64,000 nt of DNA, from positions 15,606 to 79,605 of the forward strand of contig ONAJ01000007.1 in the NCBI GenBank assembly GCA_900315775.1, given 5' to 3'. The DNA is from an uncultured Prevotella sp. GTDB taxonomy: Bacteria > Bacteroidota > Bacteroidia > Bacteroidales > Bacteroidaceae. The stretch's first letter is position 1. Each line of letters opens with the position of its first letter. Below the pieces are notes generated by a model. The model ran no database searches, was not told the DNA's origin, and worked only from the letters and a program-made list of their open reading frames with translations. Below, piece after piece: positions 41,927 to 52,379 of the stretch. The position numbers and the translations under genes were made by a program.

Positions 41927-42883
41927 ATGGAAGCGAAAAACGAAAAGATAATTGTCGCAATAACTCAAGGCGACACAAACGGAATAGGTTACGAGCTTAT
42001 TATAAAGACTTTTAGCGACCCGACGATGTTGGAGTTGTGTACACCTATAATATACGGTAACCCAAAGATTGCAGAACGCCACATGGCGACACTCGAACAA
42101 CAGATTGGCTTTAACGTCATTAAACAGGCAGGAGAGGCTAAAGAGGGAAAAGTGAACCTGTTGGCAACGTCGAACAACGAAACAAAGGTGGAGTTCGGGA
42201 AACGAACAGAGGAGTCGAAGAAGAATGCTCTCGAGGCTCACGAAAGAGCGAAGCAGGATATGGTAAAACGACTCTTCGACGTGCTGGTAACCTGTCCTGC
42301 TGAAGGACTGCCACGACGAAATCCGAAACAACTGACGATGCTCGTAAACGACAAAACCAGAGTGGTACAGTATAATAAAGGTGGAGAAAATACATTGGAA
42401 CAACAGTTGCAGACGCTGACAGCAACATTGAAACGCGACTTCTCCATACTGAACCCACGAATTGCCCTGCTCGACAACAACAGCGAGAGCAAGAAACTTA
42501 CGGAGGAAAGTACTGTGGTAATGGGACCTTACGAGTCAAAAGCATTTGTTGAGGAAGGAAAGGCTGACGCGTTTGACGCACTGATGGTAGTAGGTAATAT
42601 TCCAATGGAACTCGGTCAGGAAACAGTAAAGGTGACTTGCGGACTGCCCATAATTCACACTACTGCCTCTTGCGACGAGATGTTCAGCATAGCAGGTAAG
42701 AACGAAGCTAACGAGGAGGCTTTCAGAAATGCTATCTATACAGCCATCGACATAGCTCGCAACAGATATAACTACGACGAAGCAATAAAGAACCCGCTGC
42801 CGAAACTATATCACGAACGTAAAGAGGACGGCGAAAAGGTTCGTTTCAGCATTCCTAAGAAAGCGGAGACAAAGGGTGAGTAA
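41927..42883 (+). CDS. PdxA-like protein lacking the canonical metal-binding/catalytic motifs
   Basis: 318 aa. The N-terminus [18 protein letters not shown] resembles the PdxA ITxGDPAGIGPE. The positions expected for GPVHK, NPHAGE, YHDQG and DHGTA read TCPAE, DNNSES, VVGNIP and SCDEM. Confidence 0.6.
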   Translation: MEAKNEKIIVAITQGDTNGIGYELIIKTFSDPTMLELCTPIIYGNPKIAERHMATLEQQIGFNVIKQAGEAKEGKVNLLATSNNETKVEFGKRTEESKKNALEAHERAKQDMVKRLFDVLVTCPAEGLPRRNPKQLTMLVNDKTRVVQYNKGGENTLEQQLQTLTATLKRDFSILNPRIALLDNNSESKKLTEESTVVMGPYESKAFVEEGKADAFDALMVVGNIPMELGQETVKVTCGLPIIHTTASCDEMFSIAGKNEANEEAFRNAIYTAIDIARNRYNYDEAIKNPLPKLYHERKEDGEKVRFSIPKKAETKGE

Positions 42884-43859
42884 GAAATACCAAAATGCAT
42901 TTTTCTTCTTCGGTCTGGCGGTACTTGTCATTATGGTGTCGCAGATGGATTTCGAAGAGGTGTGGCAAGGACTTCAGCGTGCTGGATATTGGTTCTTTGC
43001 CGTCGTAGCATTGTGGGCTTTCCTTTACATATTTAATACTGCTGCGTGGTGGCTGATAATAAAATCACCTAAAATATCCTTTTGGTGGCTCTACAAGGTG
43101 ACGATAGCAGGATTTGCACTAAACTACGCCACACCAGGAGGACTGATGGGAGGAGAACCCTACAGAATAATGTCGCTGTCGCCATACATAGGTACTGAAC
43201 GAGCCACTTCGTCAGTAATACTTTATGTTATGACACACATATTCTCACACTTCTGGTTCTGGCTATTGTCGGCTGTACTCTATGTGCTGACACAGCCTAT
43301 GACCGTCTTTATGGCGATAATACTTAGTCTGGTAGTACTCTTCTGCGCCCTCGGAATATGGTTCTTTGTGGTAGGTTATACGAAAGGACTGGCGGTGAGG
43401 ATGCTCAACATCCTGAAACATATTCCTATGGTGAAACGTTGGGCAATACCTTTCATTGAAGAACACAGAAAACAACTTGACGAGATTGACACACAGATAG
43501 CTGCACTCCATAAACAGGAAACAAAAACTTTTGTAGCGGCAGTACTTTTAGAGCTGTCGTGTCGTGTAGTGTCAGCTCTTGAGATAATGTTCGTACTGCT
43601 GGTGATAATGCCTTCCGTGAACTACCTGCAATGCATCCTTATTCTGGCTTTCACTTCTTTGTTCGCTAATCTACTCTTCTTCATCCCGCTGCAACTGGGT
43701 GGCAGAGAGGGAGGATTCCTTATGTCGGTAGGCGGCTTGGGAATGACTGCCAGCGCCGGTATCTTCGTAGCGCTGATAGTACGCATTCGAGAACTTATAT
43801 GGACGGCAATAGGACTCCTTTTCATAAAACTTACAGATAGAAAAAGAATAAAAGAATAA
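42876..43859 (+). CDS. Lysylphosphatidylglycerol-synthase-TM-region (flippase-like, UPF0104) family membrane protein
   Basis: 327 aa, polytopic. [22 protein letters not shown]... Confidence 0.65.
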   Translation: MSKKYQNAFFFFGLAVLVIMVSQMDFEEVWQGLQRAGYWFFAVVALWAFLYIFNTAAWWLIIKSPKISFWWLYKVTIAGFALNYATPGGLMGGEPYRIMSLSPYIGTERATSSVILYVMTHIFSHFWFWLLSAVLYVLTQPMTVFMAIILSLVVLFCALGIWFFVVGYTKGLAVRMLNILKHIPMVKRWAIPFIEEHRKQLDEIDTQIAALHKQETKTFVAAVLLELSCRVVSALEIMFVLLVIMPSVNYLQCILILAFTSLFANLLFFIPLQLGGREGGFLMSVGGLGMTASAGIFVALIVRIRELIWTAIGLLFIKLTDRKRIKE

Positions 43860-43903
43860 AAATAAAATGTTCCTTTTTATTTTGTATTCTCTTCGCTTAT
43901 TCG

Positions 43904-43911
43904 TACCTTTG
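43904..43911 (+). promoter_or_regulatory. -7 box TACCTTTG
   Basis: TAnnTTTG match 17 nt upstream of ATG 43929. Confidence 0.45.
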
Positions 43912-43928
43912 CCCCCAAATTTGCGAAA

Positions 43929-45134
43929 ATGAACACTTCGGAACTCCAAAAAATAAAACAACGCTACAACATAGTAGGCAACTGCGACGCACTGAACCAC
44001 GCTCTCGACGTTGCACTACAGGTAGCCCCTACCGACCTCTCAGTACTCATTGTGGGCGAGAGCGGTGTGGGTAAGGAGATTATACCGCGTGTCATTCACG
44101 ACAACTCACCAAGAAAACGTGAGAAATACTTCGCCATAAACTGTGGAGCAATTCCTGAAGGTACCATAGACTCGGAACTCTTCGGACACGAAAAGGGCTC
44201 GTTCACAGGAGCTATCGGTGAAAGTCAAGGATACTTCGGAGAAGCTAACAAAGGAACAATATTCCTTGACGAAGTGGGAGAACTACCCTTAGCGACACAG
44301 GCCCGACTGCTCCGTGTACTCGAAACGGGAGAGTATATCCGCGTGGGAGGTACAAAGGTTATGAAAACCGATGTGCGCATAGTGGCTGCTACAAATGTAA
44401 ATATGCAGAAAGCCATCAGCGAAGGACGATTCCGCGAAGACCTGTACTACAGACTTAACACGATACCTATACAGATGCCTCCGCTGCGCGACAGAGGACA
44501 GGATATTATTCTGCTCTTCAGACTCTTCGCTATGCAGATGGCTGAAAAATATAAACTGCCGAAGATAACACTCACAGAGGAAGCCAAAGAGCTAATCCTG
44601 AAGTACAAATGGCCTGGAAACGTACGACAGCTGAAGAATATCACAGAACAGATGTCGATACTCAGTCAGGACAGAGAGATAACGGCAGAGGCGCTGTTGA
44701 AATTCATACCACAGAGCACGGAGAGTACTATGCTCGCGACAATACAACCCGCAGGAGGAAGTCACTCCTACGAGAACGAACGCGAACTGCTCTATAAGAT
44801 TCTCTATGAGCTGAAAGGTAATGTGGGCGACTTGAGACGCGAGATGAACTCACTAAGAGAACAACTACAATCTCCCGTCACTCAACAGCAGACCACCATC
44901 ACCCAACATCCGGCACCCATCGCACAACACCCTTCACCAATTACCCAACCGATGGAAGCTGAGGCTGAGGAGATACAGGAAATGGAGTCGTTGAACCTTG
45001 ACGATATAAGCAGACAAATGCTTATAAAAGCACTCGACAAGAATGGTGGCAATCGCAAAAAGGCAGCACAAGAGTTAGGAATAAGTGACAGAACACTTTA
45101 CAGAAGAATAAAACAATATGGACTGGACGAGTAA
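43929..45134 (+). CDS. Sigma-54-dependent transcriptional activator (AAA+ plus Fis-type HTH, no receiver domain)
   Basis: 401 aa. GESGVGKE, ELFGHEKGSFTGA, C-terminal ELGISDRTLYRRIKQYGL. Confidence 0.9.
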   Translation: MNTSELQKIKQRYNIVGNCDALNHALDVALQVAPTDLSVLIVGESGVGKEIIPRVIHDNSPRKREKYFAINCGAIPEGTIDSELFGHEKGSFTGAIGESQGYFGEANKGTIFLDEVGELPLATQARLLRVLETGEYIRVGGTKVMKTDVRIVAATNVNMQKAISEGRFREDLYYRLNTIPIQMPPLRDRGQDIILLFRLFAMQMAEKYKLPKITLTEEAKELILKYKWPGNVRQLKNITEQMSILSQDREITAEALLKFIPQSTESTMLATIQPAGGSHSYENERELLYKILYELKGNVGDLRREMNSLREQLQSPVTQQQTTITQHPAPIAQHPSPITQPMEAEAEEIQEMESLNLDDISRQMLIKALDKNGGNRKKAAQELGISDRTLYRRIKQYGLDE

Positions 45135-45627
45135 AACTGTTATAATAGCACTCACACTGATGCTCAGCGCATGTTCCGTTAGCTACAAGTTCAACGGAGC
45201 AAGCATTGATTATAACAAGACAAAGACCATACAGATAGCCGACTTCCCAATACGTTCGAGCTATGTGTGGGGTCCAATGTCGGCTATCTTCAACAACCAG
45301 TTGAAAGACCAGTTTGCCACACAGACACGACTCATACAGGTAAGACGAAACGGCGACCTCAAAATAGAGGGCGAGATAACACAATATCAACAGCGTAACA
45401 GGGCAGTAACAAGCGAAGGATTCTCCGCGATGACAGAGCTCTCGATGACTGTTAACGTAAGATTCACTAATAATACTAACCACGAGCAGGACTTCGAACA
45501 GCAGTTCACAGCAACAGCATCGTACGAAAGTACACGAAGCCTTAACTCCGTACAGGAAGAATATGTGACACAGATGTCGAAAGACATTACAGAACAGATA
45601 TTCAATGCAACAGTAGCTAACTGGTAA
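45118..45627 (+). CDS. lptE: LptE-like LPS-assembly lipoprotein
   Basis: 169 aa. Lipobox LMLSAC. Conserved pairing with the sigma-54 activator in Bacteroidota (recollection). Confidence 0.6.
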   Translation: MDWTSKTVIIALTLMLSACSVSYKFNGASIDYNKTKTIQIADFPIRSSYVWGPMSAIFNNQLKDQFATQTRLIQVRRNGDLKIEGEITQYQQRNRAVTSEGFSAMTELSMTVNVRFTNNTNHEQDFEQQFTATASYESTRSLNSVQEEYVTQMSKDITEQIFNATVANW

Positions 45628-45628
45628 T

Positions 45629-46399
45629 ATGGACCTGATAAATCTCATAAGACATCCGGAACTGATGGATAGGGAGACGCTGTACGACCTGCGTTCTCTG
45701 ATAGCTCAGTACCCATACTACCAGACTGCACGACTGCTGATGCTGAAAAACCTGTATATACTGCACGACCCAACCTTTGACGAGGAACTGCGACGAGCAG
45801 CAATATACATAACCGACAGAAAGGTTATCTTCAATCTTGTAGAGTCGGCACACTACCAACTTAAGACAACAGAGAAAACTGCTGACGAAAAGAAACAGAC
45901 GGATGGAGCAGAACAACGTCCGTCAACAAACGAGCTAATAGACAAATTCCTCGAGACTATTCCTGTTGAGGAGGAAAAGGATAAGAGTAAAAAACGAAAA
46001 CCAACAGCCGCCGACGCTGCAATAGACTACGTTGCATACCTCCTGGAAACAGAAGAAAAAGAGGATGTAAAGAGCGAAGAAACGGAGTCGTCACCGACAT
46101 TAGACCTTATTGACACCTTCATAAGCAACAACGAACAAGGAAGGATAGAACTCAAAGAAAACATAGAGTATGTTCCAGAGATTGCCGACGAGGGTGACAA
46201 AAATGGTGAAAACGAAGACGAAGAAGGCTATTTTACCGAGACATTAGCCCGAATTTACATAAAACAAGGCAGATATTCGCAGGCTTTGGAAATTATTAAG
46301 CGTTTAAATTTGGCATATCCAAAAAAAAATGCTTACTTTGCAGACCAAATTCGATTTTTAGAGAAATTGATAATAAATAATAACAATAAAAATAAGTAA
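45629..46399 (+). CDS. Hypothetical protein with acidic centre and TPR-like C-terminus
   Basis: 256 aa. ...LARIYIKQGRYSQALEIIKRLNLAYPKKNAYFADQIRFLE. Confidence 0.6.
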   Translation: MDLINLIRHPELMDRETLYDLRSLIAQYPYYQTARLLMLKNLYILHDPTFDEELRRAAIYITDRKVIFNLVESAHYQLKTTEKTADEKKQTDGAEQRPSTNELIDKFLETIPVEEEKDKSKKRKPTAADAAIDYVAYLLETEEKEDVKSEETESSPTLDLIDTFISNNEQGRIELKENIEYVPEIADEGDKNGENEDEEGYFTETLARIYIKQGRYSQALEIIKRLNLAYPKKNAYFADQIRFLEKLIINNNNKNK

Positions 46400-46403
46400 A
46401 AGA

Positions 46404-46772
46404 ATGTACACATTATTCGTAATTCTAATCGTACTCGTAGCACTGCTGATGATTGGTATCGTGCTCATTCAGGAATCTAAAGGCGGAGGCCTTTCTTCAA
46501 ACTTTGCTGGCTCAAACCAGATTATGGGTGTACGCAAGACCACAGACTTCATAGAGAAAGCCACATGGACACTTGCTGCAGCTATGGTAGCACTCAGCGT
46601 AATATGCGCTTGGGTAGCACCTACTGCTACTACAGAGAGAAGCGTTATGGAGAACATCGCCACAGAACAGCAACAGACAAATCCAAAGAACCTGCCTGGT
46701 TTCGGAGCTTCTCAGGATGCAAAACAGGCTCCTGCAGCTAACGATGCTAAGCCTGCAACTCCTGCAAAATAA
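46404..46772 (+). CDS. secG: Preprotein translocase subunit SecG
   Basis: 122 aa. LIVLVALLMIGIVLIQESKGGGLSS. Confidence 0.85.
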   Translation: MYTLFVILIVLVALLMIGIVLIQESKGGGLSSNFAGSNQIMGVRKTTDFIEKATWTLAAAMVALSVICAWVAPTATTERSVMENIATEQQQTNPKNLPGFGASQDAKQAPAANDAKPATPAK

Positions 46773-49195
46773 TGAAAATTCTCTTCCAGAGAGCCATAAC
46801 GACTTTATGGAAAGCGATAAAAGAATTCTTTTCTTGGTATAAGTCGCTTTACAAAGATACTAATTGGTACAAAAAAGCGAGCGTAATACTATGCTCGCTT
46901 GTTGTTCTGTTCATCGTCTATCTCGGACTGGTGGACATGAATTTTTTATGGCTCTTCGGTAAGTCTCCAGGATACTTCTCGGGAATCAGAGCACCACAGA
47001 CAAGTACTGCATCGGAAATATACAGTGCTGACGGAGTTCTCATAGGAAAATATTTCAATGAGAATCGTACCCCTGTGAAGTACGAAGATGTCAACCCCGT
47101 CTTCTGGAAGGTACTCATAGATACTGAGGACGAGCGCTTCTACAAACACTGGGGAATAGACCCCATAGGTCTCTTCGGAGCCGCTAAGGATGCTCTGCTA
47201 CACCACGATGCTCGTGGTGCATCAACGATAACACAGCAGCTGGCAAAGAACATGTTCCGAGTGCGTACCCAGTACTCCACAGGACTATTGGGGATGATTC
47301 CTGGCATAAAAATGCTTATCCTGAAAACTAAGGAGTGGATTATAGCTACAAAGCTGGAAAGCATATATACAAAGGAGGAAATCCTTACGATGTATGCTAA
47401 CACCGTCGATTTCGGCTCCAACGCATACGGAATAAAGACGGCTTGTAAGACCTATTTCAATACTACACCTAAGGAACTTACCATAGAACAGGCGGCAGTA
47501 TTGGTGGGAATGCTTAAGGCGACAACAACTTACAACCCTATCTCCCACCCCGAGAATTCACTTAAAAGACGTAATGTGGTCCTCGCAAATATGATTGGCA
47601 AGGGCGACATCACAAAACACCAGTACGACTCGTTGTCAAGAATCCCTATACAACTGAGCTACAGCGTGGAGTCAAACTACGACGGACAGGCACAGTACTT
47701 CCGTGAGGCAGTAGCAGACTATCTTGAGGATTGGTGTAAAGAAAACGGATACGACCTCTACAATAGCGGACTAAAGATCTACACCACTATAGACACCCGC
47801 ATGCAGAAGTATGCTGAGGAGGCCGCAACGAAACAGATGAAGTTGGTACAGAACAATTTTAGAAATCACTGGGGAAGTACGGAACCTTGGCAGGATGAGC
47901 ATCATCAGCCCATACAGGGATTCATAGAGGGCATAGCAAAACGTCTGCCCGTCTATAAGTATCTCACAAGAAAATTCCCAAATAGTCCCGACTCTGTGGA
48001 CTACTATCTCAACAAACCACACAATGTAAAAGTTTTTGACTACGAAAACGGATTCGTTGAGAAGGAACTTTCTACTATGGACTCCATACGTTATATGGTT
48101 AGTTTCATGCATTGCGGATTCGTTGCTATGGAACCCCATACAGGACACGTGAAGGCGTGGGTTGGTGACGTTGATTTCAACTCGTGGAAATACGACAAAG
48201 TAACAGCAATGCGACAGCCTGGTTCTACCTTTAAACTCTTTGTATATACGGAGGCGATGAACCAAGGACTAACACCTGTTGACAAACGTCGTGATGAATA
48301 TATCCGCATGGAGGTTTACGACGCAAAGAAGAAGGAAAACAGCATATGGGCACCAACAAATGCTAACGGCTACTTCACGGGTGACTCTATACCTTTGAAG
48401 GCGGCATTCGCACAGAGTATAAACTCCGTTGCCGTAAGACTTGGTCAGGAGATGGGAATACGTAATATCGCTGCTACAGCACACGATATGGGTATAAAGA
48501 GTCATCTTGACGAGACCCCGTCGCTGGCACTCGGTTCAAGCGACGTAAACCTTCTGGAAATGGTGGATGCATACTGCTGCGTTGCTGACAACGGCAGACA
48601 CATAGACCCGGTACTCGTGACAAGAGTGGTGGACCAGAACGGCAACGAGGTATATCTGGCTCCGACGGAGACAAAGCAGGTGATACCGCAGAAGAGTGCC
48701 TTCTACATGCAACAGCTGATGATGGGCGGACTTCGTGAACCAGGAGCTACGTCGATGAGTCTTAACCACTGGGTGGGCAATAAGGCTGCTCTTGATACAG
48801 AGTTCGGAGGAAAGACGGGAACGTCGAACAACCACTCTGACGCCTGGTTTATATGCATCAGTCCTAACTTGGTCTGTGGCGCTTGGGTTGGTGGAGAATA
48901 TCGTTGTATCCACTTCCGCACAGGAGCCTTAGGACAAGGCAGCAAGACGGCTCTTCCTATCTGCGGATACTTCCTGGAGTCAGTAATGAACGACCCCGCT
49001 TTCAAGAGTTATCACGGAAAGTTCACTCCTCCTGATGAACCGATAGACCGTAATACATATATTGGTGGAAGCTATTATCATAAACCTGATACTGCTGCTG
49101 TGGACAGCACCTTGGAGGATGAGAATGGCGAAGCAATAAAGAGTGAAGAAACGAAGCCGGTTGCCGAAGGAGAACCCGTAATCACAGTAGAGTGA
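46772..49195 (+). CDS. mrcA: Penicillin-binding protein 1A (glycosyltransferase 51 plus transpeptidase)
   Basis: 807 aa. EDERFYKHWGID, GASTITQQLAKN, SGSTFK-type STFK, KTGTSN. Confidence 0.9.
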   Translation: MKILFQRAITTLWKAIKEFFSWYKSLYKDTNWYKKASVILCSLVVLFIVYLGLVDMNFLWLFGKSPGYFSGIRAPQTSTASEIYSADGVLIGKYFNENRTPVKYEDVNPVFWKVLIDTEDERFYKHWGIDPIGLFGAAKDALLHHDARGASTITQQLAKNMFRVRTQYSTGLLGMIPGIKMLILKTKEWIIATKLESIYTKEEILTMYANTVDFGSNAYGIKTACKTYFNTTPKELTIEQAAVLVGMLKATTTYNPISHPENSLKRRNVVLANMIGKGDITKHQYDSLSRIPIQLSYSVESNYDGQAQYFREAVADYLEDWCKENGYDLYNSGLKIYTTIDTRMQKYAEEAATKQMKLVQNNFRNHWGSTEPWQDEHHQPIQGFIEGIAKRLPVYKYLTRKFPNSPDSVDYYLNKPHNVKVFDYENGFVEKELSTMDSIRYMVSFMHCGFVAMEPHTGHVKAWVGDVDFNSWKYDKVTAMRQPGSTFKLFVYTEAMNQGLTPVDKRRDEYIRMEVYDAKKKENSIWAPTNANGYFTGDSIPLKAAFAQSINSVAVRLGQEMGIRNIAATAHDMGIKSHLDETPSLALGSSDVNLLEMVDAYCCVADNGRHIDPVLVTRVVDQNGNEVYLAPTETKQVIPQKSAFYMQQLMMGGLREPGATSMSLNHWVGNKAALDTEFGGKTGTSNNHSDAWFICISPNLVCGAWVGGEYRCIHFRTGALGQGSKTALPICGYFLESVMNDPAFKSYHGKFTPPDEPIDRNTYIGGSYYHKPDTAAVDSTLEDENGEAIKSEETKPVAEGEPVITVE

Positions 49196-50531
49196 CACGT
49201 AGTACGTGCTGAGTGTTATCAGTCACCTTGTATCTGTTATCAGTACGTTCTCCGACAACCCACAGAATATTATCGTTAGCGTCCGTCAACACCAGTTGAC
49301 GGCGCTTTTCGTATATATTCATTTTCCTGTCTGTCATATAGTCGCTGAGTAGTCTGCTGCCCTCCATTCCAAACGGATGGAATCTGTCGCCAGCAGTAAT
49401 ATTACGAAGAATCAAGGGGAATGAGATGTTCTCAGCATCGAGAGTTGCTATATTCTTATCGCGACTGACTACTCCGTCAGCATTATCTATTTTCTCAATA
49501 CGCAACTTACTTTCTTGGGTGTCAATACGATAGAGCCCTTCTTCAGGAATTTTCATCATCGTACTTTTCTCTTCCTGACGATTGGAAACGATGAGTCTTT
49601 CTCTATCTACGAGTACGCACGATGTTGCAGAGAGAAACTCCCTACCCGACTCCCCATAACGATTTTCGTAAATCTGTTCTACCTGAGTCGAGGAGAAACC
49701 ATAATCCTTCAGTATCTCGTAAAGCAGATATTTTGGTGCTTTCTGACTGTCAAGTTTCTTAATATCAATACTCCCTGCACCCTCGTTGAACACTATTTCT
49801 TTCTGTTTCCTTATACTCTCGTCAACAATTTTCTCCACATCGCAAAGTACTCCCGCCGTATGAGCTATATTCTCGCAAGCAGCAGGATTCAGCTCTTTAA
49901 GAAGAGGTATTAACTCCAGTCGCACCTTGTTACGCATGAAGTCTGTTTCTTTGTTGGTGCTATCAGTAACATAGTCTTGCCCTTCCGCACGAAGAAACTC
50001 TTCTATTTCAGCCCTTGTTACTACTAGCAGAGGACGTATAATGCCGTCATGTACAGGCTGTATGCCTCGCAATCCTCGCAGTCCTGTACCTCGCACAAGA
50101 TTTAGAAGTACCGTTTCCACTGAGTCGTCACGATGGTGTGCCACACACACTCCACAAGCTCCGATGTCGTTCCTCAGCTGTGCGAAGTAGTTATAGCGCA
50201 ACTCTCGTGCTGCCATCTCTATGCTTATCTTGTGCAACGAGGCATACTCCAGCGTGTCGAAGTGTATTCTATGAAGCGGAACAGAGAGTTTTTCGCAGAA
50301 ACTGACGCAGAACTTCTCATCTCTATCCGACTCCTCACCACGAAGGTGGAAGTTACAATGAGCAGCCTCAACATCATATCCTAACTGCTTCAGTGAAAGC
50401 AGAAGAGCTACGCTGTCGGCACCACCGGAAAGAGCTACGATATACTTGTTGCCCTTGTCGAGCAGATTATTGTCAGCTATATATTTCGCTACCCTATTCA
50501 ACATACAGCACGAGTCCTTTAAGATACTCAC
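49182..50531 (-). CDS. tilS: tRNA(Ile)-lysidine synthase
   Basis: 449 aa. PP-loop ALSGGADSVALL. Confidence 0.9.
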   Translation of the reverse strand: MSILKDSCCMLNRVAKYIADNNLLDKGNKYIVALSGGADSVALLLSLKQLGYDVEAAHCNFHLRGEESDRDEKFCVSFCEKLSVPLHRIHFDTLEYASLHKISIEMAARELRYNYFAQLRNDIGACGVCVAHHRDDSVETVLLNLVRGTGLRGLRGIQPVHDGIIRPLLVVTRAEIEEFLRAEGQDYVTDSTNKETDFMRNKVRLELIPLLKELNPAACENIAHTAGVLCDVEKIVDESIRKQKEIVFNEGAGSIDIKKLDSQKAPKYLLYEILKDYGFSSTQVEQIYENRYGESGREFLSATSCVLVDRERLIVSNRQEEKSTMMKIPEEGLYRIDTQESKLRIEKIDNADGVVSRDKNIATLDAENISFPLILRNITAGDRFHPFGMEGSRLLSDYMTDRKMNIYEKRRQLVLTDANDNILWVVGERTDNRYKVTDNTQHVLRVTLL

Positions 50532-51684
50532 CTTCAGGATGATAGATATTTATCGGATGGTCTGCCGGCTGATGTAGCTGGTGGAGTATTCTCACCTTTC
50601 TACCGCTTATGGCGGCTGCCGTAAACACAGCATTACGGAAATTCTCCTTTGTTACTACCTGCGAGCAACTGAAAGTGAACAGCACACCACCCTTCTTAAT
50701 GCGTTGGAAAGCCTTTACGTTAAGGCGCGTATAGCCCTTCAGCGCATTTCTCAGAGCAGCCCTATGTTTCGCAAATGCCGGCGGATCAAGTATTATGAGG
50801 TCGTATTTGTCGTCAGCATCGTCAAGAAACTTAAAAGCATCTTCGCAGAATGCCTCATGACGTTTGTCGCCTTTGAAGTTCAGCTCCACATTAGCATTAG
50901 TGAGTTCTATAGCCTTTGCACTACTATCTACAGAGTGTACCATACTTGCTCCGCCTCGCATAGCATAGACGGAGAAGCCTCCTGTGTAGCAGAACATATT
51001 GAGTACGGTACGTCCTTTTGCATATTTCTCGAGCAGACTTCTGTTTTCGCGCTGGTCAACAAAGAATCCTGTCTTTTGTCCTCTCAGCCAGTCAACATAG
51101 AATTTCAGTCCGTTCTCGACAGCAACATTCTCTGGTGATCCACCATAAATAAAGCCGTTTTCCTGTCCCAGTTCTGCCTTATACGGAAGGGTTGTCTCAC
51201 TCTTGTAGTATATGTTTTCTATTCGCGAACCCATAACTTTTACGAGTTCGTTGGCAATCTCCTGCCGACAGATGTGCATTCCCACGCTATGTGCCTGCAT
51301 CACAGCCGTTTTCCCGTAGCAGTCTATAACAAGTCCAGGCAGGTTGTCGCCCTCTCCGTGAACCAGTCTGTAGGTATTGTTCTCCGCCGTGTCAGCAACA
51401 CCAATGTTTATGCGTACCTGCAGGGCTGCCTCAAGACGACTGTGCCAAAAGTTTTCATCAATAGTAATATCTCTGAACGATAGTACTCTGACGGCAATAC
51501 TGCCTATCTGTGCGTGTCCCACAGCAATGAAGTCGCCTTTCTCTGTAAGCACCCTCACGGTGTCACCCTCCTCCACGCCGTTGTCAGCACGCAGTATAGC
51601 TCCCGAGAACACCCACGGATGGAAACGTTTCAGACTCTCCTCTTTACCCTTCTTCAGGTATATATTCTTGTAACTCATAGTCAT
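50494..51684 (-). CDS. Class I SAM-dependent rRNA methyltransferase (RlmI/RlmK-like, PUA N-terminus)
   Basis: 396 aa. FHPWVFSGAI..., VLNMFCYTGGFSVYA, DPPAFAK. Confidence 0.8.
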   Translation of the reverse strand: MTMSYKNIYLKKGKEESLKRFHPWVFSGAILRADNGVEEGDTVRVLTEKGDFIAVGHAQIGSIAVRVLSFRDITIDENFWHSRLEAALQVRINIGVADTAENNTYRLVHGEGDNLPGLVIDCYGKTAVMQAHSVGMHICRQEIANELVKVMGSRIENIYYKSETTLPYKAELGQENGFIYGGSPENVAVENGLKFYVDWLRGQKTGFFVDQRENRSLLEKYAKGRTVLNMFCYTGGFSVYAMRGGASMVHSVDSSAKAIELTNANVELNFKGDKRHEAFCEDAFKFLDDADDKYDLIILDPPAFAKHRAALRNALKGYTRLNVKAFQRIKKGGVLFTFSCSQVVTKENFRNAVFTAAAISGRKVRILHQLHQPADHPINIYHPEGEYLKGLVLYVE

Positions 51685-52273
51685 TAGTATCTCTTAGTCG
51701 TTTAAACTCCTCATATAATTTGATACATGCCCACGCATCGGTAGCAGCGTACGACTTCTGTTTGTCGTTAAGCACGTCGGCATCCCAATTGCTAAGTTGC
51801 TGACGCTTACTTATTTTCTTGCCAAAAAAGTTTGCATAAAGTTTCTGCAGACTCTTGTCTTCAATACCGATTGTTGGCATCAACTGTTGCAACTCCACGA
51901 AGGTGCCCGGATTGAAGTCGCCTCGTTTGTGGAGCGAAAGAATGTCATCGTGCCACGCCAGCGCTACCTTCTTTACATTTTTATCCTCTAACAGTTTTTT
52001 TATTGCTGGTGTCAGGCCCGTATAATTAAGTCTGAAGAGGAAACACGTATCGTATGTTGCGACCTGTAGTAGTGCCACCTTGTGTGAAACACCTTTCTTG
52101 AAGGCTGGTTTCGTCTCTGTATCAAAGCCAAGGATGGGTTGTTTCAGCAAGTATTCTACAGCCTTTTCCGTTTCTCCTTTGCTGACAATCGTTATTATCC
52201 TTCCAGAGAATTTCTCTATTGGAAGGGCAGCAATTTTCGTCTTGTCGAAGAGGTTGTAGAGAACTTTTTTCAT
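51644..52273 (-). CDS. 3'-5' exonuclease domain protein (DnaQ/RNase D-like)
   Basis: 209 aa. LGFDTETKPAF..., AATDAWACIKLYEEF. Confidence 0.8.
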   Translation of the reverse strand: MKKVLYNLFDKTKIAALPIEKFSGRIITIVSKGETEKAVEYLLKQPILGFDTETKPAFKKGVSHKVALLQVATYDTCFLFRLNYTGLTPAIKKLLEDKNVKKVALAWHDDILSLHKRGDFNPGTFVELQQLMPTIGIEDKSLQKLYANFFGKKISKRQQLSNWDADVLNDKQKSYAATDAWACIKLYEEFKRLRDTNDYELQEYIPEEG

Positions 52274-52346
52274 TTACTTTATTTAAAACAATGTGCAAAA
52301 ATAGAAAAAAATTACGATTTTATATCATTTTCTTGTAAAAATAGTG

Positions 52347-52354
52347 TACTTTTG
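52347..52354 (+). promoter_or_regulatory. -7 box TACTTTTG upstream of ftsK
   Basis: TAnnTTTG match 25 nt upstream of ATG 52380. Confidence 0.45.
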
Positions 52355-52379
52355 CACATAAAATAAGGTAAAAGAACTC

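Noticed and set aside
46319-46330. An A9 homopolymer inside the CDS 45629..46399 as a phase-variation tract.
   Set aside because: It is a single modest tract encoding KK in a housekeeping-context gene, and the frame is intact. There is no supporting evidence.
49182-49195. A 14-nt convergent overlap of the PBP1A and tilS 3' ends, and the 38-41-nt same-strand overlaps of tilS/rlmI-like/exonuclease genes, as possible regulatory overlaps.
   Set aside because: They are consistent with general genome compaction, and alternative downstream start codons shorten the same-strand overlaps. No additional structure was seen.
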